From Candidatus Poribacteria bacterium (GTDB lineage Bacteria > Poribacteria > WGA-4E > JAJDTR01): DNA of 64,000 bases. Both the position numbers and the translations under genes were made by a program. The notes under the pieces were generated by a model. That model did not search any database and was not told the origin of the DNA. It saw nothing but the letters and a program-made list of their open reading frames with translations. Location of the stretch: contig CBDCTK010000002.1 of NCBI GenBank assembly GCA_965222225.1, positions 1,856,001 through 1,920,000 of the forward strand, written 5' to 3'. Below are positions 61,335-64,000 of the stretch, in pieces. The stretch's first letter is position 1. Each line of letters opens with the position of its first letter.

Positions 61335-62062
61335 TTAATACCACACTGCTTTATCCACAACGTTGCGTAACGGCTGTCCATTGGCAAACCGACGTGCGTT
61401 TTCCAAGAGAATCTCATATCGACGTTCGGTGACGCTCTCAGCATCTTTTGCCGCGATATGCGGTGTCAACAAGACATTCGCCAGCCTCCAAAGCCTATGT
61501 TCTTTCGGCAGTGGTTCTTCCTCGAACACGTCCAACCCGGCGCCGGCAATTCGGTTACTCTCAATCGCATCGGCAAGGTCATCAATTTTCGTGGTCTTGC
61601 CCCGACCGACATTTATAAAGTAGGCTGTCTGCTTCATCAAACCAAACCGTTTAGCGTTCCACATTCCTTCCGTTTCCGGAGTATGCGGTGTCGTGGCAAC
61701 AATAAAATCCGCACGCGGAATTAAGTCATCAAGGGTTCCCGGGGTGTGCAGTTCGACGAACGGCAGTTCATATTCGCATCGTGGATCAACACCAACGACC
61801 GTCATGCCGAATTCCGCGCAAAGTCTCGCCGTTTCGTGGCCAATACCACCGACTCCAATGATGAGCACCGTCGTCTCGGCAAGATCGATGTACCGGCTTT
61901 TGCGTGCGTCAGGATCCCAAATCGCTTGACGTTGGGCATCATAATAGTAAGGAAGACCTCGCGCAAGCGCGAGCAGAAACATCATGATATGATGGCTGAT
62001 ATGATCGAAGTAGATGCCGCGAGGATTGCAGATAGTTACGGGATGTTCAATTAATTCTTTAC
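61335..62062 (-). pseudogene. D-2-hydroxyacid dehydrogenase, 5'-truncated by IS1595
   Basis: Frame is open from the IS end (KELIEHPVTICNPRGIY); GVGGIG, INVGRG, LDVFEEEPLP, TPHIA; N-terminal ~80 aa missing. Confidence 0.8.
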
Positions 62063-63309
62063 GGAATTAGTAGCTTGTAGCTTTTAGACTGACGACAAAC
62101 ATAAAACTTGGTACCCTGTCGTAAATCTTTTCGTCACACGTAGATGTCCATAGTGACTATTCTTCTCGTAGGAGTTTGCTATGGACATTTTGAATCTTAT
62201 GAAAGAGTTTCCAAATCAAGAATCTTGTCTCAGATTTATAGAGGAAAAACGTTGGAAGGACGGTGTTTGCTGTATCCACTGTGGCAGTGAAAAAGTTGGA
62301 CGCAAGAACAAAAACGACATTACTACTGGTTGGAATTGCTACGATTGTGAATCTAGCTTTTCGGCTACAGCAGGAACCATCTTCCATGGTACCAAGATAC
62401 CTCTCCAGAAATGGTTTTTGGCTATCTCAATTCTTTCCAATGCCAAGAAAAGCATATCGAGTTGTCAGCTTGCTCGTGACTTGGACATGAATCAAAAGTC
62501 CGCTTGGTATATGGCAATGCGCCTCCGTGAGAAAATGAGTGATAGTGATGAATTGCTGAAAGGGATAGTTGAAGCGGACGAAACCTATGTCGGCGGCAAA
62601 CCCAGAGCAAAATCTAAGAGAGGTAGAGGCACAAATAAATCTCCCGTCATCGGCGTAGTCGAGAGAGGCGGTCGGGTGGTTGCTAAATTCATGAAGGTTC
62701 TATCTGGTGAAAATATCAGAGAATTCATCCTTAGCAATGTCTCACCCGATGAGTCTATTCTTATGACTGATGAATTTCGCTCTTACAATAGTCTGGACGA
62801 AGATATCGAAAGACATGTTATCCATCACCAAGAGAGATATGTTTCTGAGGACGGCGTAACTCACACCAACACCATCGAGTCGTTTTGGGCTTGTGTCAAG
62901 AGGTCATTCTACGGAACGCATCATCACTACAGCAAGAAGTGGCTGCCACTGTATATCATGGAGTCTTGCTGGAAATATAATCGCAGAAAAGATGATGAGA
63001 TTTTCATAAGATTTTTTGATGAATGCTTCACCTGAGCCACATGAATTGTTTGGCTATCGGTATATTCTGTCAACGACAACATCATGGTGTGCTGAAAATC
63101 CCATAGTGTTGGAAATTAAAATCCCGCAGATAACCCGCAATGCTCCCGCGAGCATGTACAAACGCTTGGTCAACATGATATGCCTCCATTTCTCTCTTAT
63201 AGAGATGTATTTTAGTGTGAATCAAGATTCCGAACACTGTCTAAAGTTATTGTACATTAAGAAAAGAAAAGCAAGCAAATCAACCAAAAAGCAGTTAACT
63301 ACTAAGTCC
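62063..63309 (+). mobile_element. IS1595 family element
   Basis: Imperfect TIRs ggaattagtagct / agttaactactaagtcc; AT-richer than its flanks; no matching target duplication. Confidence 0.75.
62181..63035 (+). CDS. IS1595 family transposase
   Basis: N-terminal Zn ribbon (CIHC..CYDC), GTIFHGTK.PL.KWF, EADETYVGG, TDE, HTNTIESFW. Confidence 0.93.
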   Translation: MDILNLMKEFPNQESCLRFIEEKRWKDGVCCIHCGSEKVGRKNKNDITTGWNCYDCESSFSATAGTIFHGTKIPLQKWFLAISILSNAKKSISSCQLARDLDMNQKSAWYMAMRLREKMSDSDELLKGIVEADETYVGGKPRAKSKRGRGTNKSPVIGVVERGGRVVAKFMKVLSGENIREFILSNVSPDESILMTDEFRSYNSLDEDIERHVIHHQERYVSEDGVTHTNTIESFWACVKRSFYGTHHHYSKKWLPLYIMESCWKYNRRKDDEIFIRFFDECFT

Positions 63310-63782
63310 CAATTTTTTTCGCCCAATACAAGTGTGGTAAGCTGGGTAAGGTTGGCGAGGGGACTGATATCCGTGATGTTGTTGCTGTCCAAAGGCAGTG
63401 TAGTAAGTTCAATGAGGTTAGCGAGGGGGCTGAGGTCATTAATTTGGTTGCCGTGAAGGCGTATAAAAGTTAGATTTACAAGGGGGGAAAGCGCGCGTAA
63501 ATCAGAAATATCGTTGTTATGAAGCAAAAGGGAAGTGAGGGAGGTGGCGTGTTCTAAGCCGGTGAGGTCCGAGATGCCGCGGCCTCCCGCGTCCAAATGC
63601 CTGAGGTCGCGGCGTAAAACAGATGCATCCAACTTGACCTCAGGACGGTGGGCGATATCAAGCGCCTCCCGGATGGCGGCACGAAGGTTGGGGTCGGGTA
63701 TCTCAACAACTTGCGCAAATGCAGCGCTGCACAGCGCGATATAGAGCAAAACATATAGCGTAATTCTACGTCCAAAATCCAT
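63310..63782 (-). pseudogene. Secreted internalin-like leucine-rich repeat protein, 3'-truncated by IS1595
   Basis: Signal peptide, IPDPNLRAAIREAL cap, 22-aa LRRs (N.I.D.SPL.NL..L..L.L); LRR pattern stops at the IS end. Confidence 0.8.
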
Positions 63783-64000
63783 CAGTCCCTCCTTTTCAAT
63801 CGTAAGCCTTCCCATAAAATCAACCAATTCCTCCAAACAATACAAGTCTACCACACATCCCTTCCCTCTTCCATCCTTCCTCATTCCTAGGGTGCCTATT
63901 CCTTTACCAGCCACTGGTCACTGGCTCTTCACATAGCTCTCCCGCGCCTCCGGCAAATCAACCAACACCCTTCCCCGCCATCCGAGAAACTCCCCGTTAA

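Noticed and set aside
63222-63914. 230-aa LRR ORF as an intact gene
   Set aside because: The C-terminal ~30 aa are read-through into the IS end, and the first 44 codons precede the signal peptide.
1-64000. Numerous 60-200 aa ORFs overlapping identified genes; tRNA/rRNA genes
   Set aside because: The ORFs are alternate-frame or antisense shadows without motifs; no tRNA cloverleaf or rRNA signature was recognised by eye.

Overview
64 kb of a bacterial chromosome, most likely Candidatus Poribacteria. This is inferred from secreted LamG/ConA-like proteins ending in AV-x4-KL-x3-WG-x-(I/L)K, an internalin-like LRR gene, many SDR and PhyH genes, a DUF6785-type membrane protein and paired ABC-2 permeases. 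The housekeeping backbone comprises der, era, nfo, an adk-like gene, cinA, coaE, argS, guaA, pcrA, gatC/gatA and ctpA. Main points: (1) a 2139-aa SprA-like (type IX secretion translocon) beta-barrel with Gly/Tyr-rich inserts lies between der and era, and three secreted proteins share a short C-terminal WG motif that may be a sorting signal; (2) a 12.5 kb mosaic segment (23663-36216) is bounded by ends of an IS4/IS701-like element and an 11-bp direct repeat; (3) intergenic DNA is rich in GTAG-type REP hairpins, several MITE-like shells and an unusual modular A(n)B(n) insert found three times, each time inside another repeat; (4) there is a sulfatase-like/sulfotransferase/oxidoreductase/epimerase cluster; (5) an IS1595 joins two truncated genes at the right end. 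No rRNA, tRNA or CRISPR array was recognised. All calls come from reading the sequence; no searches were run.
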